From Octopus bimaculoides (Eukaryota), in NCBI RefSeq assembly GCF_001194135.2, contig NC_068982.1, positions 119,028,558 to 119,092,557 of the forward strand: a stretch of DNA of 64,000 nt, given 5' to 3'. The first letter of the stretch is position 1, and every line of letters starts with the position of its first letter. The notes below the pieces were generated by a model that did no database searches, was not told where the DNA came from, and was given only the letters and a program-made list of their open reading frames with translations. Shown here in pieces: positions 27,053 to 38,458 of this stretch. A program made the position numbers and the translations under genes.

Positions 27053-27556
27053 CTAGGTTTTCCAATTCTGAAGTAAAAGTTTCCGAAAATGTGGACAACT
27101 TCCCACAACTTCTGTCCTGGGGTTCAGGTAGCCTCCTGGCTCATGTAAGTTCATGAGGATTGTATATCTTTCTGCCAAACACAATTTACATAGTCTTGTT
27201 CCATTGCGATAGGGTCCACAAGTTTCTAGTAATTTCTGCCTAATGTTAAAGGGCATATGATCCCCCTTTAGCCGCCATACTTTTGCTGCAGGAGTCGTTG
27301 TGTTGCGTCTCTCCGGGAACCTGAGAGAAGATCTGTGGTTGTTCAAGCAAATTTTAGATTCACTAGATCCCATATAAATTTTAGTGCGTGTCCCTGTGTT
27401 GACATTGATGTTACTGATATTTGTGCTGCTTCTGTCTGAGGCTACCTTCGCTTGGTACACTGTAGCCACTGTGTTCCATTGGCCGTCCACTGGGCATCCA
27501 TTTCGAATCCTACATGAACAACTTGCCACTGTCTGTGGTTTAGGAGTGCTAACCAA
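27053..27556 (-). pseudogene. GIY-YIG endonuclease region of a Penelope-like element
   Basis: CSCRIRNGCP..TVYQAKV..KIYMGSSE..NNHRSS..CKLCLAE..LNPRTEVVGSCPH. Confidence 0.85.
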
Positions 27557-27973
27557 TTTTTTCTTTCAACTGAAAGAGATTCTTAAATTATGTCTCTTAA
27601 AGAGCTTTCTTTATTTCTGTGATCGCGTGAAATGCTGACCAACCATCCTACCTCAGAAAAATCTTTACTCATGTCCAGATGTCTAGGGAGAAGTGGGGAG
27701 TGAACCATAAGATCTTGCAGTGACGTTTCTTTTTATGGTTATTCAATAAATATAGTGCATATACTATATTTTCCTTGAACCCGCCGACTGCTAACGCTTC
27801 ATTGTAAGCGGGAGCCGCTGCGTCGAAAAAATAGAATATTTCTTGAGCCGTCACCGGCGTTCTTGTGTTTTAAAAAAACATTCTTTGCAGGGAACGTTTA
27901 TCGCTTAGAGAAACTGAAGAGATGTGTAATTCACGGTAGATATGAAACCAATGTTTTTTTCTAAACTGTTACG

Positions 27974-27977
<4 letters not shown>

Positions 27978-28053
<76 letters not shown>
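27978..28053. repeat. (CA)n microsatellite between two PLEs
   Basis: Directly visible. Confidence 0.95.
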
Positions 28054-28055
<2 letters not shown>

Positions 28056-28199
28056 GTGTGTATGATTGTGTATAGAAGAATATAGTATTCAAAGAAATTC
28101 CAACTTTGATTTTTACGTTTTATTTACAATCTTATAATGATATAATATAAAATAATACAATATTATGAAATGATACAATATTAAATGTTCATTGTGGTT

Positions 28200-28242
28200 G
28201 GACTAGTACTTTCATGCATTAAACTATGCAATCGTAAGGTTC
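28200..28242 (-). ncRNA. degenerate hammerhead in the Neptune-type PLE 3' pLTR
   Basis: GAAC-CTTACGA-T-TGCAT(AGTTTA)ATGCA-T-GAAA-GTACT-A/GTCC. The core is mutated (CTT for CTG); helix III is the palindrome AGTACT. Confidence 0.5.
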
Positions 28243-29375
28243 ATATACTAGTGGTGACAGTTATGTTTTACAATTTACAACTGTAGTTAGATGGCTAAAA
28301 TGTCTGCCTTAAATACGTTTGCAAAGGCTCCAGAATGTTAAGTTTTGGAAACTGCATTCTGACCAATCAGGGAGTGGCTTCACTAAATTACTCAAGTTGA
28401 TTGGTGTTTAGTTTAGGCGTCACGGTTTGTTAAACATGTCAAGAGGCCTGTATTTTGACCCTGGCCAAAGCACTAATTGGTTCGCTATTTTTAGAAATGT
28501 TGTAAACAACATTTCCCAGGACTTTTTACATTTCAATTATCGTTGCCATTATGAGCACCTTTATTAAAGTTGTCGTTGTTGTTGTTGTTAGTGGTGGTGG
28601 TGGTGGTGGTGGTGGTGGTAGGAGTAGCTGTGGAAATACAACTTTAAAACCCAAATAAGGTTAATTTTACTGACATTTCTCTTGAATTAGCTAGTATTTT
28701 TCCCGCTATCGTCATCATGAGAACCTTTAGTATTGTTGTTGTTGTTGTTAGAGGTGGTGGTCGTAGCAGTAGAAACAGCACCTCTAAGTATCATTATCAC
28801 TCTTTATTTAGCTTGCGTTGGAGTTTATGAAAAACGTTCTTTGCTCTGATTTTTCTCTCGATTTCACTTGGACTGTGTAGTTTGTGGAATGGAAATATTT
28901 CAAATATCTTCAGCCCACATGTTGCTAGATGGTTACTCAAAAGTATCTGACGGACATCTGCGTCTCTAATTTGCTGCCGGTGCACACGTGAACGTTCTGA
29001 TAGTACATTTCCAGTTCTTCGCAGTTCGGGCATTTGATGCAGTGAATTAAATTTCTGCTTCTGTAGCTCTCATTTGCGTTTGTGAATATTTTCCTTTTCT
29101 TTTGTGTTCATGTATTGTTCTGTATGTATGAATTGACATGTGTCACATCGGCTATCATTGCATTTAGATACAGTGAATGATTGGTTTTGTTGCTAAGGTC
29201 AAACTTTGCCTTTGTTAATAATCTTTTAAAGTTTTTTGGCTGCCTTTTACTAAGAGCCTTGATTATATCTTTTAATTCATTACTTTGTGTAATGATTGGT
29301 AGGCTTGCTTTGACAATGTTGAAGATATTCTGATGGCATGGGTTGTACGTCACTATAAATAGTATGACTTGTTCT

Positions 29376-29746
29376 TCAGTTCTATATTTAAGTGATGAGG
29401 AATTATGTACTTTATTTACATTATTTACATTTTGACAAATTTTACCCACGGGAATATGGCGTAGTGGTTAAGAGCGCGGGCTACTAACCCAAAGATTCCG
29501 ATTTCGATTCCAGGGGTGACCTGAATAATAATAATAATAATAATAATAGTAATAATAATGATAATAATAATAATAATAATAATGATATCAACCACATCGA
29601 AAGATACCATAGGAATGAGAACACAGGTTCGAAATTTCCTCAAGACACCTGATGAAGGCTTGAGGGTATATCAGCCGAAACGTTGTGTTAACAACAAACA
29701 AGATGAGGACAAAATCCATCAAAAAAAAAAAATGTAAATAATGTAA
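29376..29746 (+). mobile_element. tRNA-headed hammerhead SINE-like element, copy E, with inverted 3' tail and 12 bp TSD
   Basis: Inverted tail at 29376-29444 and element at 29445-29746, flanked by ATGACTTGTTCT at 29364-29375 and 29747-29758. Confidence 0.9.
29644..29689 (+). ncRNA. minimal type I hammerhead ribozyme (copy E)
   Basis: GACAC-CTGATGA-A-GGCT..AGCC-GAAA-CGT-T/GTGTT; core intact. Confidence 0.75.
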
Positions 29747-29920
29747 ATGACTTGTTCTCGTTTTCCACTTTTTGGGGTTGTATGGGTACTTTTATAGCCC
29801 ACTGTACGGCATGTTATGTAAGTAGAGACGGATATTTTTCTTTGAGCAATTATTCTCTTTGTTCTGTTAGGCCTTTGTTCATGATAATCGTATCTCCTAC
29901 AGTGGTACAAATTTTTCTGG

Positions 29921-30595
29921 CTAGGCAGTATGAGACGTTGCGTTTGTATGTGGTGGATGGCACGACAAAAAATTCAGATATTGATGTGTGTCCGTGTGTT
30001 TATAGTATATATCTGTTCTGATGGTGGTGTCCTTTTTAATTATCATTATATCTAGGAAAGGTAATTTGGTACTACTCTTCTCCTTTGTAAATTGGAGAGA
30101 TGAATGTAGGTTGTTCAGGAGGATATTTAGCGATGCTGTCCAGATTATTGAATCATTTGTCAATGTATCTCTTCCATGCTTTTTAAATATACTTTCTGAA
30201 TACTGTGATATACATGTTTCTACTTCTTGGTAGAGTTGTTGTTCTAAGTATCCCATTACAGAGTTCGCGTAAACGGGAGCAAACCACGTTCCCATTACCG
30301 TGCCTTTAATTTGGATGCAATTGTTTCCATTGAAGAAGAATGTGCTGTTTTCCAGCATAAGTCTGACGACATCTAAAGTTAAAGGCACTGTGAATCTGTT
30401 CGGAATCACTTCTTTATGTTTTTGTACACAGTATTTAATCGCCTTTAATCCTAAATCATGTGGAATATTGGTGTAAATGCTTACCACATCAAAACTAAGT
30501 AAAAGTGAATTTGTTTCCGTTGTTTTGGGAAGATGGGATAGAAAATTGATATCATCCCGGATGAAACTGGGTATGTAGGTGCATAGTGGTTTCAA
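29921..30595 (-). pseudogene. Penelope-type reverse transcriptase core (frameshifted)
   Basis: LLSFDVVSIYTNIP, QIKGTVMGTWFAPVYAN, LPFLDIMI and TDIYYKHTDTHQYLNFLSCHP. Confidence 0.92.
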
Positions 30596-31599
30596 AACAA
30601 CAAAATTGCTTAGTCGGAGGTCTAACGTTTAAGTTTTTTGGCTATAGCAATTTTATGTACTCGCTTGTTCTTTTACTACATGTTGCATATTTTATGATAT
30701 GTATTTTCGGTAAGCCGTAGAAGTTGCTGTCTTTTGGCTCGAAATTGGTGATGTAATCTCTTTCATTATCGGTTAGTAAGTTCTAGATTTGAAGCCGAGT
30801 AGTTGATCTTCTTCATGATGCGACGGTCTATATTTCAAGATATTTTACAATAGAAAGTATCCTTCAATTGGTCCTCAACCAAATCCTTGTAGTATTCGGC
30901 ATCCATAGTGATAATTGCACCTCCTTTATCTGCTTGTTTAATTATTATTGTTTGATCGTTTTATATATGTTCATGTGCAGACATCTCCGATTTGTTAATG
31001 TTTGGCCTAACATTAGCATTGCGTCTAAGGGAAATTTTAGACAGTATATCAATGTATTGGTCAAGATAGTTATTTCTTCCTTCTGGTGGGGTGAAATTTG
31101 ATTTATTGTTTAATAGAGATTCATCAATCACATTACTTTATTAGTGAAGAGTACTACAAGTCGTAACTTACGACAGTATTTTTGGATAGCCTCCTTTAGT
31201 TCTTAGTGGTTGACTTTTGGTGTAGGTGTAAATTTCAGTCCTTTTTTGCAAGAATTAGGATTTCATCATTGTCACGATCTCTTTTGGATAAAGTAATTAT
31301 TTTAGGATCTATATATTCAGTTGTTTTGGGTATGTTTCCTCTTAGACTTTTTCTTTCTTCGATGTTTGTTGTCCTGACGTTTAAAAAAAATGGATTTTTC
31401 TCCGTCTATGATTTATGTTCCTGTTTGTGTCTGCTTAATGGATTTCGCATTTTTGCTGTGGTATTTTACTTGGTTTCGTTATATTTTTTGTCCTGTTTTT
31501 GGTATTATGTATATTATTTTTCAATTTCTTGTTAGTATCGTTTTTAACAACCTGGATGATCTAAGAAATGATCTAGGTATCGTGGCATGAGATATACAA

Positions 31600-32165
31600 A
31601 GCAGAATCGCATGGGTAATTTAATACAAATATTTTTTCGTTTTACTATTTTAGGGTGACTGTAATGTAAACTCGTGAATACAAAGGAAATTATTCTCGTG
31701 ACACTTATTACTGAACCTCTGTTCAGTAATAAGTGTCACGAGAATCATGAGTAATGGCTTTCTCAGTTCAATTTTGAAAAAAATTCTTTGAAAACCTGTA
31801 GTGATATTTAGTAGAATAAGAAACAAGAGAAAATCACTCAAGCTGCTTTTCCCTTACTTCAAACATTAGAAATGACAGAAAGCGCTTATAATTTACCAAG
31901 TATATAAATACTAGGACGGGAATATGTATTCTGTTCATCTTGAATGTAATATTTGACATAGAGATTCAAAAACCTTATCAGAATATAATGAATTATTGAA
32001 ATGCTTTATAGGAAACACAGAGGGCCTAACTCTGATTGATATGAACACATCTAGAAATCTGTTTATATTTTACATTTCAGAAAAGTTCAGTCGGAAAACA
32101 CTGTGTATTTTATTATCCGATTTGTGGGATAAATGTCAAAAGACGAGGTCTTTCTTGTTTCTCTG
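31600..32165 (+). repeat. diverged direct repeat, copy 2
   Basis: Homologous to 25950-26460; contains an extra inverted duplication. Confidence 0.9.
31692..31745. repeat. perfect 25 bp inverted repeat, 4 nt loop
   Basis: ATTCTCGTGACACTTATTACTGAAC-CTCT-GTTCAGTAATAAGTGTCACGAGAAT. Confidence 0.97.
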
Positions 32166-32465
32166 ATCACAAACTATTTGTGGAATGTTAGCTTTTCAGT
32201 GATAGCGCTCGCGTCAGAATGCGATGAATACTTGATTTTGAAATCACTATTTCTACTTGCATACAGCACAGAGTTTCTTTAAATCTCGCAATACATTTCT
32301 AGTTACTTTAGAGCTCTTCAATGCCGGACTTGTTCTGAAAAGTTTCTTGCGGATATTTTAAAAACTTTCTTCTTAATTATAATTCAAGAGATGGTACGTC
32401 GTGTATGTGGATCAGCTTAAAACTGCCTCATAAACTGCCAAACTTACAAATTTACAGTCGTATGT

Positions 32466-32496
<31 letters not shown>

Positions 32497-33052
32497 NNNN
32501 NNNNNNNNNNNNNNNNNNNNNNNNNNNNNNNNNNNNNNNNNNNNNNNNNNNNNNNNNNNNNNNNNNNNNNNNNNNNNNNNNNNNNNNNNNNNNNNNNNNN
32601 NNNNNNNNNNNNNNNNNNNNNNNNNNNNNNNNNNNNNNNNNNNNNNNNNNNNNNNNNNNNNNNNNNNNNNNNNNNNNNNNNNNNNNNNNNNNNNNNNNNN
32701 NNNNNNNNNNNNNNNNNNNNNNNNNNNNNNNNNNNNNNNNNNNNNNNNNNNNNNNNNNNNNNNNNNNNNNNNNNNNNNNNNNNNNNNNNNNNNNNNNNNN
32801 NNNNNNNNNNNNNNNNNNNNNNNNNNNNNNNNNNNNNNNNNNNNNNNNNNNNNNNNNNNNNNNNNNNNNNNNNNNNNNNNNNNNNNNNNNNNNNNNNNNN
32901 NNNNNNNNNNNNNNNNNNNNNNNNNNNNNNNNNNNNNNNNNNNNNNNNNNNNNNNNNNNNNNNNNNNNNNNNNNNNNNNNNNNNNNNNNNNNNNNNNNNN
33001 NNNNNNNNNNNNNNNNNNNNNNNNNNNNNNATATATATATATATATATATAC

Positions 33053-33381
33053 TCTTAAGTAACCAGATGGATATTTTTATTATTCTGTATTTTGTGCAAC
33101 AGTCATTTCGACTCATCATGTTTTTGTACCTTGTGGGTGAGAGTCCGTTCAACATGTTGTGTTGCATCCATATTGCAGTCTGGGTCTCATCAAATGATGA
33201 CAGCCAAAATCTTTAGCGAGACACATAGTTATATTTGGATGTATCGGATGAGGCCCAGACTGCAAAATGAATGCAACACAACATGTGGAAAGGAGTTTAA
33301 CCCATAAGGAACAGTAGCAAGATAGCCCAAAACGACGTTGTACAAAATGAAGATTAATATCCATCTTCTGGTTACTTAAGA
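33053..33381. mobile_element. unclassified MITE with ~140 bp terminal inverted repeats
   Basis: Ends are TCTTAAGTAACCAG..CTGGTTACTTAAGA; inner arms CATGTTGTGTTGCAT..TTGCAGTCTGGG(T/C)CTCATC occur on both strands; non-coding. Confidence 0.8.
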
Positions 33382-34789
33382 CATCATTATTATCATCTCA
33401 AATAATACTGCGGAGTTCCTGAGTGAAATCCAATGGAAATTTACTCAGGTTGCAAATGACACCAGGTAGCTCAATACACTAATCGACATATACCCATTAG
33501 TCCCAAAATATTAAATGTATATATACATATATACATGCATATATGTATATATGTATATAGGAATGTGTGTGTGTCTGTGTGTGTGAATATATCTGTAACG
33601 TGTAAACCCTCCGCAGAATCAGTGGAACACGACGAAACGAGGTTTGACTTTTCAAACGCTGAGGCATCACTGAAAATTAAAAAACAGATGACGCCTGTAA
33701 CAGAATGGTACTTTGTTTAGTGGCCCTGTAAAAATTAAAGGCAAAGTTCAACTCAAATCGTAGAAAGTCGAAAGAAATATCACCAGACACTAAACTCACA
33801 CGATCTGCTACTAATTTACAATTTTACCTTCTTTCTTAATTCTCATTTATATTATTCTAGTGAGTTAGTTGCTATAGTTGAATTAAATTAGTTCCACCCA
33901 CTTTTGAAAACTATAGCTGCACAAGATCTTCCATATAAGGCAATGTATCTAACCTGATCTGATAGATATACTTGCTCACCTGAAGGACGAATATAATACA
34001 GGTATGGCTGATAATGCCAAAATAATAGTATTACAAGATATTTTACTTCAGTCATTCAACTAATGCCACACTGGGAATTACGATCCTTCATGAAATATTT
34101 CTAAAAAGAAAAGAAGAAAATGAGAGCTGTAGCGAAATAGTTTTTTACTTCCAGCTTTCCTAGATAAGAATTTTTGGTGGTGGATGAGGGTTTAAAATCA
34201 CTGCAAAATCTCTTTGTAGCTTTGGTAGGATATGAAATCAATATCCTTTAATAAATAAATGTGCATTGATTCATGGTGTTACACTTGCATTCAATCAATA
34301 ATTGTAACCTGTTAGAGTTAGTTCTGTGCACAATTAAACACTTGTTTTCTGATGATTCAGCACTGGTGAAACATAGTGTGTATAACTAACTATATATGCA
34401 AAAACGACATTGTTATTTACATCTTATTATTACTAATAACACCGAGGAGATTACTTTGCTTCTTGATCACTGTAAGAGATATGCAATGCTCTTAATGAAG
34501 AATCATTTCCTAGCTACATCTCTATGAATTATGTGAGGCCTTTGACGCTATACTTCTGGTCCATCTTAGCACTGCCCTATTTTTCAAAATACACACACGC
34601 ATACACATACATACACATAAACACACATAGACATACGCGCATACACGCTCACGTATATACAGGCGTAAAGTTATACATAATTATATAAATACATATAAAT
34701 TCATATACGTTTTTAATAAAATCCACAAAATCATTAATTTTAACTGCAAACAAATTTTATAGACATCAACGTGTTTGTATTGAATTAGC

Positions 34790-35700
34790 ATTTCTCAGAA
34801 TAGAGTATGGAAAACAACATCTATCATGTGATGTCCTTTTTCATTGATGCATCTCTGAAGGGGTTATTGGAAGTTGGCCTCTAGTTTCTCCAGCATTGCT
34901 CTGTCAATTTGGGCGACTTCCACGCGAATAGCTTCCTGCAAATCGTCCAATGTACAGGGAGTATGTGCATACACACGTGCCTTCAGGTTTCCCCACAAGA
35001 AATAATCATACATTGACGATTCAGGGGACCGAGGGGACCGAGGGGGCCAAGGTATGTCAGCAAGCCTGAAAATGAGGCGGTGACTGAAGAGGGGGTGAGG
35101 ACCGTCCACAGATGCTCTGGCTGTGTAGACCATCACCCCATCGTGTTGAAACTACACTCGTAGAATATGCATACGTTTTTGTCGTAACTCAGGCACACAG
35201 AAGTTGTTTATCATTTCGATGTAACGCTGGGAGTTCACAGTAACAGCATTTCCATTACTGCCTTCAGAAATGTAAGGACTAATGACGGCAGCTTTTCCAA
35301 CAGTTCAACACACCGTTACTTTTGGGATGTGCAGTAATCTTTCGTGCAGTTCTCTCAAATTTTCAAGAGCCCAATAATGACATTTCTGTTGATTTACCAT
35401 GCCATTGAGATGAAAACGAGCTTCATCGCTCATTAAGAGAATGAGGTTGTCATTTGCCTCAAACATTGTTCCTATCTGACGTGCGAAGTTAAGCTGCTGT
35501 GCACAGTCCCACGTTTTCAACTGTTGGCCACTGACCAATTTCTACGGGTGAAAATGCAGGTCTTCATGAGAAATACGCCTTACCGATCGATTACCGATGC
35601 CAAGTTAGGTGGAACGTCTCCGAGCACAGTGATTCGGACTCCGTATCAAAGCTTGTCTTACGTGATCCACATTTTCTGGGGTCCATAACATTCGTGGACC
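34790..35700 (-). mobile_element. degenerate mariner-family transposase relic (rosa/DD41D-like)
   Basis: LMSDEARFHLNGMVNQQKCHYW..KVTVC; WPPRSP..YDYFLWGNLKARVY..LQEAIR. TIRs not identified. Confidence 0.82.
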
Positions 35701-35742
35701 AGCTCAGTGCGTGTGTTAATTATTATTGGTATATTGACTCCC

Positions 35743-35834
<92 letters not shown>

Positions 35835-36872
35835 AAAAGACATACATGCATAAGCAGAAAGATGCGCACATATACACCCACGGCACATATGTGAGGTTCT
35901 ACAGGTTCTTTCATGCCTCATGTCTGGTTCAAATAGTCTGAATAATCTCAAAAGACATAAATGCTTTATGTATGTCGATATATCAGTTAGATACTGCGAT
36001 CGCCCTTCATATGTTTTTCGAACATACTTTTACATCTTTGCGTATTTTACAAGTAACCAGTTTATTTCAAAATTCAAGTGTGCAAGAGAAAGATGTGAAT
36101 TAGTTTACCAAGAATTTCCTGGACAGGAAGTAAATGTAATTCCAAATATGAATGTAAACAGATTAATCCAGTCCTTAGTGAAGATTGAGGTTAAACAAGG
36201 TTGTCAGCTATTTATTTCCATTGCAACGTACATTAATAAAAATTCAATAAACAGTGAGAAAAGAAATAACATATAAATCATATCAGATATATATTTTTTT
36301 TAAATTGAAAATGTATTTGCTGTCCAAATAGAATTAAAGTATTAATCACATACGCTAAACAACCACATAGCACGAAAAATTTCCAAAAATATTTTGATGA
36401 AGAGATAATATTTTTATTAGAAAATATTTCAGACTCACGCAATTAGTTACATAGTCATAGAGGTATGTGTGAGTGATTACCCGTCCCTCGCTAGTGAATA
36501 TCACCTGGCGTATATAGTACGCTTCCACTATTCTAAATACTTATGTAAATGGGAACAGACGTAGACACATTTCGAGCACTGTACCCAGAAGAACATTAAA
36601 AATATAACAATTGGATAAGTCAAAGGTATGACTTTTCAGTTGATTTCAATGGGGGAAACATGAAATAATATATTTGCTCAACCCCACATCTTACTGTATA
36701 ATCAGAAATAGAATCCACGATCTAATGATTGTGAGCTAAAAGCCTTAACCACGTAGCCACTTTACACATATGGAGTGAAAGACCAATCGGGAAATAGCAC
36801 AGAATTTTTAACTCAGCTGCACACAACGAAACACACCAATGCACACCACACATACATACACGCACGCACACG

Positions 36873-36903
<31 letters not shown>

Positions 36904-37429
36904 NNNNNNNNNNNNNNNNNNNNNNNNNNNNNNNNNNNNNNNNCACCCACACACACACATATTTATATGTATATGTATAAGAACTGAATGATTTTTAAGT
37001 GTTACAAAGGCTAGCAACTCATCCCCGGTTTTACTAGCCACTTCCTAAAATTTGAAACCAATAATAACAGTGATGATGATGATGTTGATGATGATGATGA
37101 TGACAATGATGACGACGACGACGACAACGACGATGATGAGGATGAGGAGGAGGATTATTTTAATGGTTGGTCCCGTCGATTTCTACTTAGTGTTTGAAAG
37201 AGATTTAAAGAAAAGAGAAAGAAACGTAGGAAAATGATAAAATAACAAAACAAGCTGAATCCATTAGCGATGGATGTGTGAATGTAATTTGAGTCCAGAT
37301 GTGGATGTGAAGTCACAATGAAGCTATGAAGTCACAATGGAGACACTGATAATTTTGATTTTCCTGGGATTCGGCAAATATATCTATTTATTGCTGTATA
37401 TAATATATTTATCGATCTGTTTCTTCATC

Positions 37430-37825
37430 TTAAATTGTTTTGATGCATCATGGCACATATTTTGGGTGATGAACAGGGTACCAGTCTCCTTTATATGGGG
37501 CAGAAGCATGGAATCCCTACGAAAGGCATATAAAGAAATTTGGAACCTTCCACATGGGCTTTATGCGCAATATCTGCAAAATAAATTTACAACATCTTGG
37601 AAAGAATGTGATATCTGCAGGATCCAAAGCATAACGTTGAGAATTCAGTGCAGATGGGTAAGACTTGTTGTCCGAATGAAAGATGACTGCATTCCAAAAA
37701 TTCTTTTGTATGGCCAAAAAGTGGAGGGATACCATGGAATGCCTTTTCTTAAGTATAAGGATAAGTGGAAACAATCACTAAAATATCAACAGCTTAACTT
37801 GACGTCTTGGGAAGGTCATTGCCAA
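37430..37825 (+). mobile_element. RTE-clade LINE 3' fragment
   Basis: RWVRLVVRMKDDCIPKILLYG..PFLKYKDKWKQSLK..WE, followed by a (GAT/AAT)n tail. Confidence 0.8.
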
Positions 37826-37866
37826 TGATGATAATAATAATAAAAGCAATAATAATAATAATAATG

Positions 37867-37912
<46 letters not shown>

Positions 37913-38380
37913 TGATGATAATAATAATAATGATGATGATGATAATAATAATAATAATAATAATAATGATGATGATGATGATGATGATGATAATAATAAT
38001 AGTAATAATAATAATAATAATAATGATGATGATGATNNNNNNNNNNNNNNNNNNNNNNNNNNNNNNNNNNNNNNNNNNNNNNNNNNNNNNNNNNNNNNNN
38101 NNNNNNNNNNNNNNNNNNNNNNNNNNNNNNNNNNNNNNNNNNNNNNNNNNNNNNNNNNNNNNNNNNNNNNNNNNNNNNNNNNNNNNNNNNNNNNNNNNNN
38201 NNNNNNNNNNNNNNNNNNNNNNNNNNNNNNNNNNNNNNNNNNNNNNNNNNNNNNNNNNNNNNNNNNNNNNNNNNNNNNNNNNNNNNNNNNNNNNNNNNNN
38301 NNNNNATAATAATAATAAAAATAATGATGATGATGATAATAATGATAATATTAATAATAATAATAATAATGATGATGATG

Positions 38381-38455
<75 letters not shown>
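37826..38455. repeat. (AAT/GAT)n compound microsatellite with gap
   Basis: Directly visible. Confidence 0.95.

Positions 38456-38458
<3 letters not shown>

Larger units (their letters stand above)
26861..27977 (-). mobile_element. 5'-truncated Penelope-like element with inverted pLTR (probably Hydra-type clade)
   Basis: ~126 bp inverted repeats at 26861-26987 and 27852-27977 bracket the RT-thumb remnant (FDAAAPAYNEALAVGGFKE..ILWFTPHFS) and the GIY-YIG region. Confidence 0.85.
28060..31560 (-). mobile_element. near full-length degenerate Penelope-like element, Neptune-type, interrupted by SINE copy E
   Basis: N-terminal KKGLKFTPTP and IIIKQADKGGAIITMD; RT in ORF 29921-30595; linker zinc finger KCNDSRCDTCQFI..NLIHCIKCPNC; GIY-YIG C-terminus in ORF 28797-29033. 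Confidence 0.88.

Noticed and set aside
35920-36276. 118 aa ORF without repeats
   Set aside because: No recognisable domain or splice context; compatible with chance.
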